Below are positions 8,406 to 18,315 of a DNA stretch of 64,000 bases, one piece after another. The stretch is taken from the NCBI GenBank assembly GCA_022842945.1, contig JALHOO010000001.1, forward strand, positions 221,830 to 285,829. Direction: 5' to 3'. Every line of letters begins with the position of its first letter. The first letter of the stretch is position 1. This DNA is from Minisyncoccota bacterium (GTDB lineage: Bacteria; Patescibacteriota; Minisyncoccia; Phycocordibacterales; Phycocordibacteraceae). The position numbers and the translations under genes were made by a program. The notes below the pieces were generated by a model. That model had not been told where the DNA came from, made no database searches, and saw only the letters and a list, made by a program, of their open reading frames with translations.

Positions 8406-9773
8406 CTACAAATACGACATCGGATTCAAGTACGCACTCGGAGGAGCAACCGGCATAACCGCACCTCCTGCACTGCAGCCTGTTCCGGCCGGTTGTCCCT
8501 GCTGCTTGCGCCATGCGCCAAGGTCCATAATCTTTACACCCGTTGCAACATACACACTGAAGTGGAGGTGGGGTCCGGTTGCGTAGCCTGTCATACCTGA
8601 GAGGCCGATAGTTTGGCCGGTTGAGACACTCTGTCCTGCAGATACGGTAATACTTGAAAGGTGCGAGTATGAGGTAGCAAGCCCGTTCGGGTGCTTAATA
8701 AGTACCCACTTTCCGAAGGAGAAGCATCCTGGAACAGCGTCTGTGTTTCCGGTCCCCATAACCGTGCCTGAAAGTGCTGCCTGCACCGGGGTACCGCTTG
8801 GCATGCCGATATCGATAGCGTTGTGCCCGGAGCCGTTATAGATCTGTGAGTTGGCGGTTGCAAACGCCGTGTTGCCGAAATACTGCGTTATGCAGCGCGG
8901 GTTCCCCAGTGCCCCTGCCTTCCCTTCGCACGCTGCAGCAAAGCTTGGAGAATATGGCCACGCAAGCACGCCCGTTTGCACGGTAGGCACCTCAGCCTGC
9001 CCCACGGCCTTAAGACTGTTCTCAAGACTTGAGAGTGCCTGCTCGAAGAGTGCACGCTCTGCACGCTTCCGGGTTATGAGATCCTGGTACACGCTCTCCT
9101 GGTTCTTGGTCTGTGAGAGAAGCCTATCCTTCTCGCTCTTCTGCACATCAAGAGACTGCTTCTGGATACCAAGATCGCTCGCAAGGTTGGTAAGTTCGTT
9201 CTTCTTTGCGTCAACGTCCTGAAGCTGTGCACCAAGCGCATCCTTCGCTTGTGAGAGATTCGCTACGTTCGCACGAAGCGCCGTATTCAACGATGCTGCG
9301 TCGTCAATTGCCGTCCACGCTTCTGTGAGGTCGCCAGACGCAAACACCTGCTCAACGAGCGAGATCTCTCCGGCTTCTGCCATATTCCGGATAGATTCCT
9401 CAAGGGTACGCTTGTCGAGAGCGATAAGTTGCTCGGTGTCCTCAATGTTGTACGAGAGCTCGTTCAACTGAAGATTCGTAGAGGAAATCCTCGTCTGTGT
9501 AAGGTTAATCTGCGTGCTCGTCTGCTGGCGCGTTATATCAATAGACTTAATAGCGGTCTGCAGTGTCTGAGACTGTCCGTTCAAAATAAGGCGCTGGCGC
9601 TCTGCCTCTGCAATCTCGGCCTCCAAATCTTTAATCCTCTGTGCGTGCTCACTTATCTGGCTTTTGATCTCGTCTTCGCTCTGTGCAAAGGCTCCTTCCG
9701 GTACAACGGCACCTATACCGGCACACGCAACCAGAAGAACGAGAAGAAAGGATAAGGAACGCAAGGTCTGCAT
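8406..9773 (-). CDS. Coiled-coil plus M23 peptidase (EnvC/CwlO-like murein hydrolase)
   Basis: Signal peptide, long coiled coil, HNAID, YSHL and TGPHLHF. Confidence 0.88.
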   Translation of the reverse strand: MQTLRSLSFLLVLLVACAGIGAVVPEGAFAQSEDEIKSQISEHAQRIKDLEAEIAEAERQRLILNGQSQTLQTAIKSIDITRQQTSTQINLTQTRISSTNLQLNELSYNIEDTEQLIALDKRTLEESIRNMAEAGEISLVEQVFASGDLTEAWTAIDDAASLNTALRANVANLSQAKDALGAQLQDVDAKKNELTNLASDLGIQKQSLDVQKSEKDRLLSQTKNQESVYQDLITRKRAERALFEQALSSLENSLKAVGQAEVPTVQTGVLAWPYSPSFAAACEGKAGALGNPRCITQYFGNTAFATANSQIYNGSGHNAIDIGMPSGTPVQAALSGTVMGTGNTDAVPGCFSFGKWVLIKHPNGLATSYSHLSSITVSAGQSVSTGQTIGLSGMTGYATGPHLHFSVYVATGVKIMDLGAWRKQQGQPAGTGCSAGGAVMPVAPPSAYLNPMSYL

Positions 9774-9776
9774 CCC

Positions 9777-11210
9777 TTAGAGTATAGCAAACGCTGTTCG
9801 TATTCGGGAAATTGCTTCTTCAGTACCCAGTATGGATATAAGCGTAAACGGGTCCGGAGACTTCTCGGCTCCAGAGAGCGCATAGCGAAGCGGCCAGAGT
9901 ACCGCTCCTCTACCCCCCTTTCCCTCTGCTTCCTTCTCGTCTGCAAACGGCATAAGCGCCATCTTAACGGCCTCAGCGGGAAGAGACACCGGAAGACCTC
10001 CTAGTATCTCGAGTGCGCCTTCTAGGGCTTGTTTTGTAAGTCCTGGGCGGTCTTGCGGCTCTTTTGCCGTAAGAAGATCTAGGGAAATCTCTGGAGTCTC
10101 GAAGAGGCAGGATAGTTCTCCGTTAAGCATGTCGCGTGCTTCTGCAAACGTATACGCACGTTCCTTTATGAGGGGCACTGCTTTCTTCAACCGCGCATCA
10201 TCCGTTGCATGCAATTCTCCACGGGTTATGAACTCTTCATCGGTAAGGCGACGCATGTGCTCCCGGTTTAGGTGCTTCAACTTGTCCTCGTCGAACTGCG
10301 CACCAGACTTCTGAATGCGCTCAAGTGTAAAGGCTTCAATAAGTCCAAAAGGAGTGAAGAACTCCTGATCTCCTCCAGGACTCCAGCCAAGGAGTGCCAA
10401 GAAGTTCAACATAGTCTCAGGGAGATACCCTTCACGACGGTAATCAAGGATATCCTTTGCGCCGTCTCTCTTTGAGAGCTTCTTATGTCCTCCTTCGCCT
10501 AGTATTGGTGGAAGTGTTGCAAACGCAGGCGGCACTTCTCCAAGCGCCTCGTACAGAGACAAGAACTTCGGTGTAGACGACACGAACTCCTGCCCACGCA
10601 TCACGTGCGTTATCTTCATCTCAATGTCGTCTATGACATGCGCGAAGTTGTAGGTTGGGTACCCATCGCTCTTTATGAGTATGAAATCGTCGAGTGCCTC
10701 TTCTCCGGCAGACAGTGTTCCCATAACCACGTCTTCCCATTCGTAGCGCTTAATAACCGGCACCTTGAAGCGAAGCGGCTGGGTACCGTCCCATACACCC
10801 AACGTCTCTGGACGGTGCTCGCGGAAGAGAAACGGCCGCTTCTCTGCTTCTGCTTTGGCACGCAATGCTTCAACCTCTTCTTCGGTATAAGGATCTGGGT
10901 ATGCAAACCCCGCGTCAATAAGTTGCTTTGCGTACGCACGATATGAGTCGAGACGCGAAGACTGGATGTATGGCTCATAGGGTCCGCCTATATCAATACT
11001 CTCGTCCCAGTGTATGCCGAGCCATTTCAAAGACTCCATGATGTGGCCAATAGAGCCTTCAACCTCGCGCTCCTTGTCTGTGTCCTCAATACGAAGCACA
11101 AACTTCCCATTATGCTTGCGTGCAAAGAGCCACGCATAGAGCGCGGTGCGGATGCCGCCAATGTGCATAAACCCCGTAGGGCTTGGGGCGAATCGGGTAC
11201 GGACGGTCAT
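9777..11210 (-). CDS. gltX: Glutamate--tRNA ligase
   Basis: RFAPSPTG, HIGG and KLSKR. Confidence 0.97.
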   Translation of the reverse strand: MTVRTRFAPSPTGFMHIGGIRTALYAWLFARKHNGKFVLRIEDTDKEREVEGSIGHIMESLKWLGIHWDESIDIGGPYEPYIQSSRLDSYRAYAKQLIDAGFAYPDPYTEEEVEALRAKAEAEKRPFLFREHRPETLGVWDGTQPLRFKVPVIKRYEWEDVVMGTLSAGEEALDDFILIKSDGYPTYNFAHVIDDIEMKITHVMRGQEFVSSTPKFLSLYEALGEVPPAFATLPPILGEGGHKKLSKRDGAKDILDYRREGYLPETMLNFLALLGWSPGGDQEFFTPFGLIEAFTLERIQKSGAQFDEDKLKHLNREHMRRLTDEEFITRGELHATDDARLKKAVPLIKERAYTFAEARDMLNGELSCLFETPEISLDLLTAKEPQDRPGLTKQALEGALEILGGLPVSLPAEAVKMALMPFADEKEAEGKGGRGAVLWPLRYALSGAEKSPDPFTLISILGTEEAISRIRTAFAIL

Positions 11211-11219
11211 ATACAGACT

Positions 11220-12371
11220 CTACCCGTTCTTGGCTTCATGGGAAAGCCCAATCTTCAGAGCTTCTTCAGCTATAAGGCGGCCGGCAAGAGGGTTCGCAAA
11301 CCCAGCCGCAGCACTCTTCATGCGCTCGGACACCGCGGGATCAGTACTGATGCGGTGTGCTTCAGAGGCTAGGAGATTTGGGGTGAGGTTCGCTTCCTCA
11401 AGTACAACCGCCGCACCGGTATGCGCATAGGCGTAGGCGTTGGTGCGCTGATCGTGGCTAATGGACTCAGGTATAGGAATAAGGATAGACGGTACGTTCC
11501 AGAGCGAAATCTCTGTTATGGACCCGGTACCCGCGCGCGTAATGATGATGTCGGCACTTGCGGCGGCTCTTCGCATAGTCTCTACGTTCATGTAGGGATA
11601 CGTGTGATACCGCTCCGCGTGTCCTCCCTTTCCAAGTATCACGCTTGCGGTCTGACGCACGCTCTCAAAGTGCGTCTTTCCTGTCTGATGCACAACGTTC
11701 GCAAAGGACACGAGAGACGGAAGCGCATCAAGTACGGTTTCGTTAATACGCAGAGACCCAGAGGAGCCGCCAACAATGAACACTGTTGGAAGGGTTGGAT
11801 CAAGACCAAGGGCGCTCATCGCCTCAGCGCGGTCTGGAAGCTGCATGAGGTTCTTGCGTACCGGAATACCTACCTTTGCAATCTTGTTGCGCACCTTCGC
11901 CGGGAATCCTGCAATAGCGCTCTCAAAGGCAACGGCAATGCGCGTTGCGTGCTTGGCACCAAGCAGGTTTGCGCGTCCAGGCTTCGCATCTGATTCGTGC
12001 ACAATAATAGGAATACGCAGCAAGGAGGCGGCAAGTACCGTTGGCACGCTTGCATATCCACCCTTTGAAATAACTACGTCTGGATAGAGCTTCAGGAGAA
12101 TAAAGAAACTCGAGACAACGCCTGCGAGCGTAACAAAGATATCGGTTACGTTTGCGAGAGAGAAATAGCGGCGCATTTTCCCTGCGGGCGCCTTGAGGAA
12201 GACAATGTCATTTGCGAAGAGAGCTTCCTCGTCATACGGCTTGTCTGCGATGTAGTAGAGTCTCGGTGGGAGTAGCTGCTGCTCTTTAACCAGGTCCCTC
12301 ATGGACTCTGCTATAGCAATAAGCGGATAGAAGTGTCCTCCTGTACCCCCTCCTGTGAATAGAATCTTCAT
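11220..12371 (-). CDS. murG: MurG glycosyltransferase
   Basis: GGGTGGH, KGGYASVP, HESD and GGSSGS. Confidence 0.95.
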   Translation of the reverse strand: MKILFTGGGTGGHFYPLIAIAESMRDLVKEQQLLPPRLYYIADKPYDEEALFANDIVFLKAPAGKMRRYFSLANVTDIFVTLAGVVSSFFILLKLYPDVVISKGGYASVPTVLAASLLRIPIIVHESDAKPGRANLLGAKHATRIAVAFESAIAGFPAKVRNKIAKVGIPVRKNLMQLPDRAEAMSALGLDPTLPTVFIVGGSSGSLRINETVLDALPSLVSFANVVHQTGKTHFESVRQTASVILGKGGHAERYHTYPYMNVETMRRAAASADIIITRAGTGSITEISLWNVPSILIPIPESISHDQRTNAYAYAHTGAAVVLEEANLTPNLLASEAHRISTDPAVSERMKSAAAGFANPLAGRLIAEEALKIGLSHEAKNG

Positions 12372-12396
12372 ACGGTTAGTCCCAGTATATCAGCCC

Positions 12397-13506
12397 CTAC
12401 GCCAGCGTCTTCTTCTTGGATCGGTTGGCAGCCACGTTCAGAATAACGCCAACGGACGCCAAGGCAGCTAAAAGAGCCGTGCCTCCGTGCGACACAAAGG
12501 GCAGAGGCAATCCCGTTAAGGGCACAATACCTAGCATGGCGCCTATATTCATAAACGCGGATATGGTTATGAGGAGCGTAAGGCCCGTTGCGGCATACGT
12601 ACCAAATGCGCTCGCAGATTGGGCCGCAATGGTAAAGCCGCGCGTGGCAAACGCCGTAAAGAGAAGTACTAAGAGCACGGTACCTATGAACCCGAACTCT
12701 TCCCCGTACACCGCAAACACCGAGTCCCCTACGGGCTCTGGCAAGTAGTTGTACTTCTGTGCACTCTGTCCAAACCCGCGTCCAATCATCCCCCCTGAAC
12801 CAATAGCAATAAGGGACTGTTGAATCTGGTACCCGCTCCCCAGTCCGTCGCTCTCTGGAGAAATGAACGTCTTCACGCGCTCAAGCGCATACGGGCGGAG
12901 TGTAAGGGCAACCGCAATGAACACAATACCCGCCATAATAATGAGGCCAATATCGCGCAGACGGGCACCTGCAATGAAATACAGCGTCATAGCCGTAGCG
13001 CCAATAACCAGAATCGTACTGTTGTTTGGCTGAAGGGCGAGCAAGATAACCGGGAGACCAATAATCACGCCAAACGGTATAAGGCCCGTCTTGAAGTCTT
13101 TGATCTTCTCTTTAGCGCGCGCAAGGAACCACGCGAGCATCAAGATAACGGCAGGCTTCAGGAATTCAGCGGGCTGAATGGTAAACGGTCCAACATCAAT
13201 CCAGCGCGTAGCACCTCCTGCGTGCACTCCAAGTCCTGGGATGAATACCAAGGACGTAAGGAGAAGCGCGAATATATAGAACGGGATAACTGCGCGCTGT
13301 AGAAGCTGTTGTGGAGTGAATCGAATAACGAGGAGCGCTATAACGCCCGGAATGAGACCGAGCGCTAGCTGTGTAAGAGCAAGGCGACCAATAGACGCGC
13401 CTTCGCGTGCAAGAAGCCCTAATGCAGCTGATAGGAATATAGCCGCGCCGCCAACAACAAGGATGGCGACGATAAGAGCGAACACTCTATCTCCGGAAAG
13501 ACGCAT
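12397..13506 (-). CDS. ftsW: SEDS peptidoglycan polymerase FtsW
   Basis: GATRWI, IQPAEFLK, GYQIQQS and PLTGLPLPFVSHGG. Confidence 0.92.
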   Translation of the reverse strand: MRLSGDRVFALIVAILVVGGAAIFLSAALGLLAREGASIGRLALTQLALGLIPGVIALLVIRFTPQQLLQRAVIPFYIFALLLTSLVFIPGLGVHAGGATRWIDVGPFTIQPAEFLKPAVILMLAWFLARAKEKIKDFKTGLIPFGVIIGLPVILLALQPNNSTILVIGATAMTLYFIAGARLRDIGLIIMAGIVFIAVALTLRPYALERVKTFISPESDGLGSGYQIQQSLIAIGSGGMIGRGFGQSAQKYNYLPEPVGDSVFAVYGEEFGFIGTVLLVLLFTAFATRGFTIAAQSASAFGTYAATGLTLLITISAFMNIGAMLGIVPLTGLPLPFVSHGGTALLAALASVGVILNVAANRSKKKTLA

Positions 13507-13550
13507 GACCTCCCTATTCTAACGCATGGGTGGTGTGTTAAGGCGTGTAT

Positions 13551-13579
13551 AGCTGAATGTTTGGGAGGATGTTGGAACC
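13551..13579 (+). repeat. Degenerate type A site (6 mismatches)
   Basis: AGCTGAATGTTTGGGAGGATGTTGGAACC. Confidence 0.8.
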
Positions 13580-13634
13580 CTGCACTTAGCCTGATATAGT
13601 GCCGCCAGACGTAACCCTCAACCAGAGAGATCCA

Positions 13635-13802
13635 ATGCAGACTCAAGATATTTCTGAAGACGGTGACATCCTGCGGACCGTCCATATCCCTCAATCCGAT
13701 GATCAAGCGCTGCGCGAGATCGCACAAGAAGAAGGAAGGACTGTTCCTGGATTGATACGCGAAGCGTGTATGAACTCGTTTGCGGTGCGTAAGAAATCTT
13801 GA
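13635..13802 (+). CDS. Small ribbon-helix-helix (CopG-like) protein (cassette)
   Basis: RTVHIPQSDDQALREIAQEEGRTVPGLIREA matches the RHH pattern. A terminator follows. Confidence 0.6.
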   Translation: MQTQDISEDGDILRTVHIPQSDDQALREIAQEEGRTVPGLIREACMNSFAVRKKS

Positions 13803-13853
13803 CCACTACCCACTAGCGGAATTCCCGCTCCGGTGGGTTTTCTGTTTTATTCT

Positions 13854-14198
13854 CTACACCCTCCTCCACTCGCCGGTCTCTTCATTAAGTATTGCAACTC
13901 GATTCCCTCCAACCGGCATGCCGTTCTCGTAATAGATAACGCTGATGGCCGTCTCAGTTGAAACGTTCTGCCTACCGTGATTACCTTTTCTCATGTACTG
14001 ATATTCGATTGTCTCACCTCCGTTCTCTCCAGTACGCTCTACTTCTCGCAGATACACCCCTTGCTCGTCTGAGAGCTCCCGACCAAGAGTATACCCTTCT
14101 ATATACTGAGAGAGTGCATCGAGTACTTCCTGGCTTGAGAGGATTGTTTCTCTCTTGTTCTCTATGCTATGCGGTTGAGACCCGGGGAATTTTTCCAT
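13854..14198 (-). CDS. Hypothetical protein (cassette)
   Basis: 114-aa ORF with a -10-like element just upstream. Confidence 0.65.
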   Translation of the reverse strand: MEKFPGSQPHSIENKRETILSSQEVLDALSQYIEGYTLGRELSDEQGVYLREVERTGENGGETIEYQYMRKGNHGRQNVSTETAISVIYYENGMPVGGNRVAILNEETGEWRRV

Positions 14199-14222
14199 AG
14201 ACTGATATTAGCATCTGGCTAT

Positions 14223-14251
14223 TACTGGCAGTCTGGGACGACGTTGGAGCC
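14223..14251 (+). repeat. Type A site
   Basis: TACTGGCAGTCTGGGACGACGTTGGAGCC. Confidence 0.9.
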
Positions 14252-14299
14252 AAACTCACTTAATGATACTGTCCTCAAGGATCCAAGAGGAGAATTGCC

Positions 14300-14518
14300 A
14301 TGACAACACACCAAGAAGCTGTGGATGGCCGCCACGCCATCCACAGGAAGTACCGCGATCTGGTCACAGGAGTAGCGGTTATCCAACACCCGACTGAGCC
14401 AGGAAGTTGGGCCGTGCGCCTGACACTCCGAAGCGAGGTCGCACCAGGAACCATTGCATCGGAACTGGACGGCATAACAATTGTGACAGAGGTGGGTGGA
14501 CCGGCAAATCTTTTATAG
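14300..14518 (+). CDS. Hypothetical protein (cassette)
   Basis: GAGGAG RBS and terminator AGCGCAGGA-CAAAA-TCCTGCGCT. Confidence 0.65.
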   Translation: MTTHQEAVDGRHAIHRKYRDLVTGVAVIQHPTEPGSWAVRLTLRSEVAPGTIASELDGITIVTEVGGPANLL

Positions 14519-14567
14519 AAAGCCACTGGTCTTAATGAGCGCAGGACAAAATCCTGCGCTTTACCGT

Positions 14568-14596
14568 TGCTGGCAGTCTGGAACGACGTTGGAACT
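14568..14596 (+). repeat. Type A site
   Basis: TGCTGGCAGTCTGGAACGACGTTGGAACT. Confidence 0.92.
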
Positions 14597-14682
14597 TTTT
14601 TAGCAGACGATTACTTGACCCAGGTTCTAACTAATGGCTAGATGTAACCAGGAAGCATAGTAATTGAAACGGGAGAATTTTA

Positions 14683-15057
14683 GTGGCAAAAATTGGTCTT
14701 AAACGGAGCAAAAGAAGAAGAACATCAGGAAGAATGCGTGGAGGCGGTAGTGGGAACAGAAAAACTTGTAGAGTATCCCTCCGCACTATTGCGCTACTCT
14801 TTCCTCCTAGAAGCGTACAGAGAGTGTACCTGCACGGAAGGTGGCAGAAATCGAGAGGCCGACGACCCTGTCTTAGTCTAGAAAACCTGCAAGACCCTCG
14901 TCTCGCATATGAGCAGGCAGAGGAGCTCGTGGGCGAATACATTCGTTCAGTCCTAAGTACGCCCCATGCATATGGCAAATGGCAATGGGAAGGTCGCGGA
15001 CGTGAATTAGCGAAAGCGATTTCTGAACAGGTGCCTCCGGAAGAAGTGTTCTGGTAA
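14683..15057 (+). CDS. Basic hypothetical protein (cassette)
   Basis: GGGAG RBS with GTG start. Strong terminator AAGCCGTCGAGTC...GACTCGACGGCTT. Confidence 0.55.
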   Translation: MAKIGLKRSKRRRTSGRMRGGGSGNRKTCRVSLRTIALLFPPRSVQRVYLHGRWQKSRGRRPCLSLENLQDPRLAYEQAEELVGEYIRSVLSTPHAYGKWQWEGRGRELAKAISEQVPPEEVFW

Positions 15058-15105
15058 CCTCAAGCCGTCGAGTCTCTAGAAGACTCGACGGCTTTTCTTT
15101 TATAT

Positions 15106-15134
15106 TGCTGGCAGTCTGGAACGATGTTGGAACC
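15106..15134 (+). repeat. Type A site
   Basis: TGCTGGCAGTCTGGAACGATGTTGGAACC. Confidence 0.95.
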
Positions 15135-15184
15135 ATGATAATAAAATCCCGCCTTCTTAGGGGCGGGACTTCATGGAGCCTAAT

Positions 15185-15517
15185 TTAGGTAGTCTCCCGG
15201 ATAGTTTCCAGATGGGCGTCGACGAGTTCGACCAGTTTTTTCAATACGGCGTCGCGAGCATAGACTGCGGGCAGGTTGGATCCAGAGATCCAGCGGTAAA
15301 GCGTGACCGGCGAAACACCGAAGACATGCGCCATGCTCTCTACATTGCCGAGTTTCGAAATAACCGCGCCGACAATCTGAGAGAACTCTTCTCTGTCTTT
15401 GACGTTCGTTGTCTCGAGAACTTCCTTCGCAGTCTCAAACCACGAGACATCGATGAGTCGAAGCGTAGTGAGCACGCGGCTCTGAGGACGCTCCGCCTTG
15501 ATCGGGTGAACGGTCAT
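15185..15517 (-). CDS. XRE-like HTH protein (cassette)
   Basis: ESMAHVFGVSPVTLYRWISGSNLP HTH motif. Terminator at about 15143-15170. Confidence 0.65.
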   Translation of the reverse strand: MTVHPIKAERPQSRVLTTLRLIDVSWFETAKEVLETTNVKDREEFSQIVGAVISKLGNVESMAHVFGVSPVTLYRWISGSNLPAVYARDAVLKKLVELVDAHLETIRETT

Positions 15518-15612
15518 ATGTTGATACCCTCTGTGAAAAGCAAAAAAGAACGATACCGCATAGTACCCTGCAAATCAGATTTAGCAACGTAATCTAATTG
15601 TTGTAGAAGTTA

Positions 15613-15636
15613 TTCTGGCAGACCAGGTATTGAACT
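15613..15636 (+). repeat. Type B terminal site
   Basis: TTCTGGCAGACCAGGTATTGAACT, overlapping the mraY stop codon. Confidence 0.85.
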
Positions 15637-16696
15637 ATTTCAACAACGCCAACGCCAACCCAAAGATACCCGCGATAATCGTAATAACCCAGTAGCGCAT
15701 CGTAACCTTGTACGCAGGCCAGCCAATAGCTTCAAAGTGATGGTGGATAGGGGCAATACGGAAGATCTTCTTCTTCAGTACCTTCTTGCAGAACACCTGG
15801 ATCATACTCGTAGCAACCGTAACGGTAAGAGGAAGTGCGATTATGGGAAGTACGGATACCCCAACCCCGTCTCCAAGCACGTCTGTCGAGAACGCCGTTA
15901 TAGCGAGCGCAACCGTAAGGGCCATAGTGCCCGTCTCAGACAAATAGAAGCGTGCGGGCGGAATATTAAACCAAAGGAACGCGAAGAGAGATCCTGAGAC
16001 ACAGGCAGCAAACGCTGCAAGTGTCGTCTGTCCCTGTGCAAACGCAATGCCTGCATACGTCATGAAAATAATGGCGAACACGCCTCCTGCAAGCCCATCA
16101 ATGCCGTCTATAACGCCGCCGGCATAGAGCGCGAGCGTAACCAACATAAAGAACCCAATGAAGAAGACCCCAAGCTCAACAGGTCCTACAAACGGCACGC
16201 CAACCGTAGACACATCAAGCTTCTCGTAAAACCACCAGCCCGCAAACGCACCAATAGCGCCAACAACAAGAAGACGCCAGCGAAGACGCAGTCCTCCAGA
16301 AGATCTCGTAACCTCAAAGATGTCGTCTATAAGGCCAACGGCAGCTCCCGCAGCAAGCGCAAACAACGGAAGCCACGTCTGACTCCTACTTATGAAATCA
16401 AAGGAGGTAAACGGTTCTCCAAAGAAAAGCGCCAGTACCCAAAGACCAAGTGCGGTTATGAGTGTCGACGCCCACACAATAATGCCGCCCATGCGCGGCG
16501 TGGAGACCTCCCTTTCTTTGTGAAGCTCGTCAAAGAGTGGGGTGCCGTTCTTGTCCCCCATGCTGTTTCCCTTCCCGCCAACCTTCTTCCATGCACGGAA
16601 CTTGAAGAGGTAGTGGGTCAGTATTGGGGCAAGCGCAATACCAATAACGAATGACGCAACGGACGGGATTAGGACACGTGCCGCATCGATAATCAT
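15635..16696 (-). CDS. mraY: Phospho-N-acetylmuramoyl-pentapeptide transferase
   Basis: TPRMGG, GLIDD, DGIDGLA and APIHHHFE. Confidence 0.95.
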   Translation of the reverse strand: MIIDAARVLIPSVASFVIGIALAPILTHYLFKFRAWKKVGGKGNSMGDKNGTPLFDELHKEREVSTPRMGGIIVWASTLITALGLWVLALFFGEPFTSFDFISRSQTWLPLFALAAGAAVGLIDDIFEVTRSSGGLRLRWRLLVVGAIGAFAGWWFYEKLDVSTVGVPFVGPVELGVFFIGFFMLVTLALYAGGVIDGIDGLAGGVFAIIFMTYAGIAFAQGQTTLAAFAACVSGSLFAFLWFNIPPARFYLSETGTMALTVALAITAFSTDVLGDGVGVSVLPIIALPLTVTVATSMIQVFCKKVLKKKIFRIAPIHHHFEAIGWPAYKVTMRYWVITIIAGIFGLALALLK

Positions 16697-16702
16697 AGGT
16701 AG

Positions 16703-17674
16703 CTAGCGGATGCCCGCAAAGTATTCGTTCGTGCGATTAAGCAGCGTGTTCACGTCTGTGAAGCGTCCTTCTCTCGAAGACCCGAGCACCACAATTGCAA
16801 TAGGACGTCCCATACCCGCGTCATACACAATAGCGAGGTTTCCTCCGGCAAGATCCGTAAACCCAGTCTTTGAGAGGAGTGCGTTCGGTACGCGCGTTAT
16901 GCCCGGGTTTGTGTTTGGGAGCGTGTGGAGCACACCCTCGCGTGAACGAATGCTCGAGGAAGACTGCACGGTTGCGCGGGCAATCTCTGGTGCCTCCTCA
17001 AGAAGCGCTCCGGACAGAAGTGCAATGTCACGTGCCGAGCCGTATCCGCCAGACACCGAGGTGCTCTCGTCGAGGCCCGTACCGTTGAGTGCATAGGTCT
17101 GCGCAAGCCCAACCGCACTCGCAGCACTCGCAAGCATCGACTTGCCTGAGGTTGCGCGCGCGAGGGCTGCACTCTCAGCAATAGCTGCGGTTGCATCGTT
17201 AGAGGAAGAGACGAGCGCAATACGTGCAAGGTCTTCAAAGCGGAAGGTCTGCCCCTCGGCAAACCCACTCTCTCCGTCTGAGAGAAGTGCGGTATCGGTA
17301 ATAGTAACAACGGAATCTGCACTCAAAGACTCAGCGGCCGCGTATACCGTGAGGAGTTTTGTGAGGGACGCGAGTGGAAGCTGTGAACGGCTGTTCTTCT
17401 CGTACAGTGTTTCGCCGGTAACCAGGTCGTACACAATGGCGGACTTCCCTTCAAGAGCTACACCAGTGAATGCCTCAGACGCCGGCATAGACACAGGAGC
17501 CGGAGCCTCAACAAGCGCTACCGGTGCTTCCTTCTGTGCAAAGAGGGGTGCAACGAGAACCGTAAGGGAGAGGACGGCAGTGCCGGCAATGAGTGCGGTT
17601 GCTGCCTGCTTCTTCTGATGACGCTTTTCAAGGCGTCGTATCAACGTCTTTAGGTCTGGAGTGGGTGTGCTCAT
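16703..17674 (-). CDS. D-alanyl-D-alanine carboxypeptidase (peptidase S11)
   Basis: ASLTK, SSN and KTGFT motifs. Confidence 0.88.
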   Translation of the reverse strand: MSTPTPDLKTLIRRLEKRHQKKQAATALIAGTAVLSLTVLVAPLFAQKEAPVALVEAPAPVSMPASEAFTGVALEGKSAIVYDLVTGETLYEKNSRSQLPLASLTKLLTVYAAAESLSADSVVTITDTALLSDGESGFAEGQTFRFEDLARIALVSSSNDATAAIAESAALARATSGKSMLASAASAVGLAQTYALNGTGLDESTSVSGGYGSARDIALLSGALLEEAPEIARATVQSSSSIRSREGVLHTLPNTNPGITRVPNALLSKTGFTDLAGGNLAIVYDAGMGRPIAIVVLGSSREGRFTDVNTLLNRTNEYFAGIR

Positions 17675-18225
17675 ACGTCAGTTGAAGCTAATGCTTGCGT
17701 TGCTTCGTGTGCAGACAGTATTGGGCTCAGTTCTGCATAGCGCGGAAGCTCTGCAAGAGTTGTCGCACCCAGATGTGCCAGTGCATCAACGGTTGGACGA
17801 TACTTCGCACGACGCTTGTCGCTCGGGTCCTCGATGCGCTCTATAAGGCCACGCATAAGGAGTGCGCGCACCGCGGTACTTGAGTTAACGCCACGCACCC
17901 AGTCAATCTCTCCGCGCGTTGCATTCCCCTTGTACAAAATAAGGGCGAGGGTCTCGAGACTCGCTTTTCCAAGATCGCGAGACAATTCGCTCTCGCGAAG
18001 ACTCTGCACTACGTCAGCGCACTCAGGGCTCGTACGCAGTTCAAGGGCGTCTTCTGTTTCAATAAGAGAGAGTCCGGAATCAGTAAGCGTAATGCGAAGA
18101 GCGTTAACAGCATCCGTAAGTCCGTCAAGGGAAACAGAGAGAAGTGTCGCCAAACGCTTCTTAGATAGGGCTTCGCCCGCGGCAAAGAGGACAGCCGTAA
18201 GCTTGGAAGAAAGAGGAAGCGCCAT
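17671..18225 (-). CDS. scpB: SMC-Scp complex subunit ScpB
   Basis: AVLFAAGE, SLETLALILY and IDWVRGVNS. Confidence 0.93.
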   Translation of the reverse strand: MALPLSSKLTAVLFAAGEALSKKRLATLLSVSLDGLTDAVNALRITLTDSGLSLIETEDALELRTSPECADVVQSLRESELSRDLGKASLETLALILYKGNATRGEIDWVRGVNSSTAVRALLMRGLIERIEDPSDKRRAKYRPTVDALAHLGATTLAELPRYAELSPILSAHEATQALASTDV

Positions 18226-18315
18226 AGTCCCTAAAGAATACCGTCAAAACGCCGTTGGGCAACCCTCCTAAGTTGGGGACGGCTCTTTCCTCAGGTATGT
18301 AGTATCGTACAGAGC

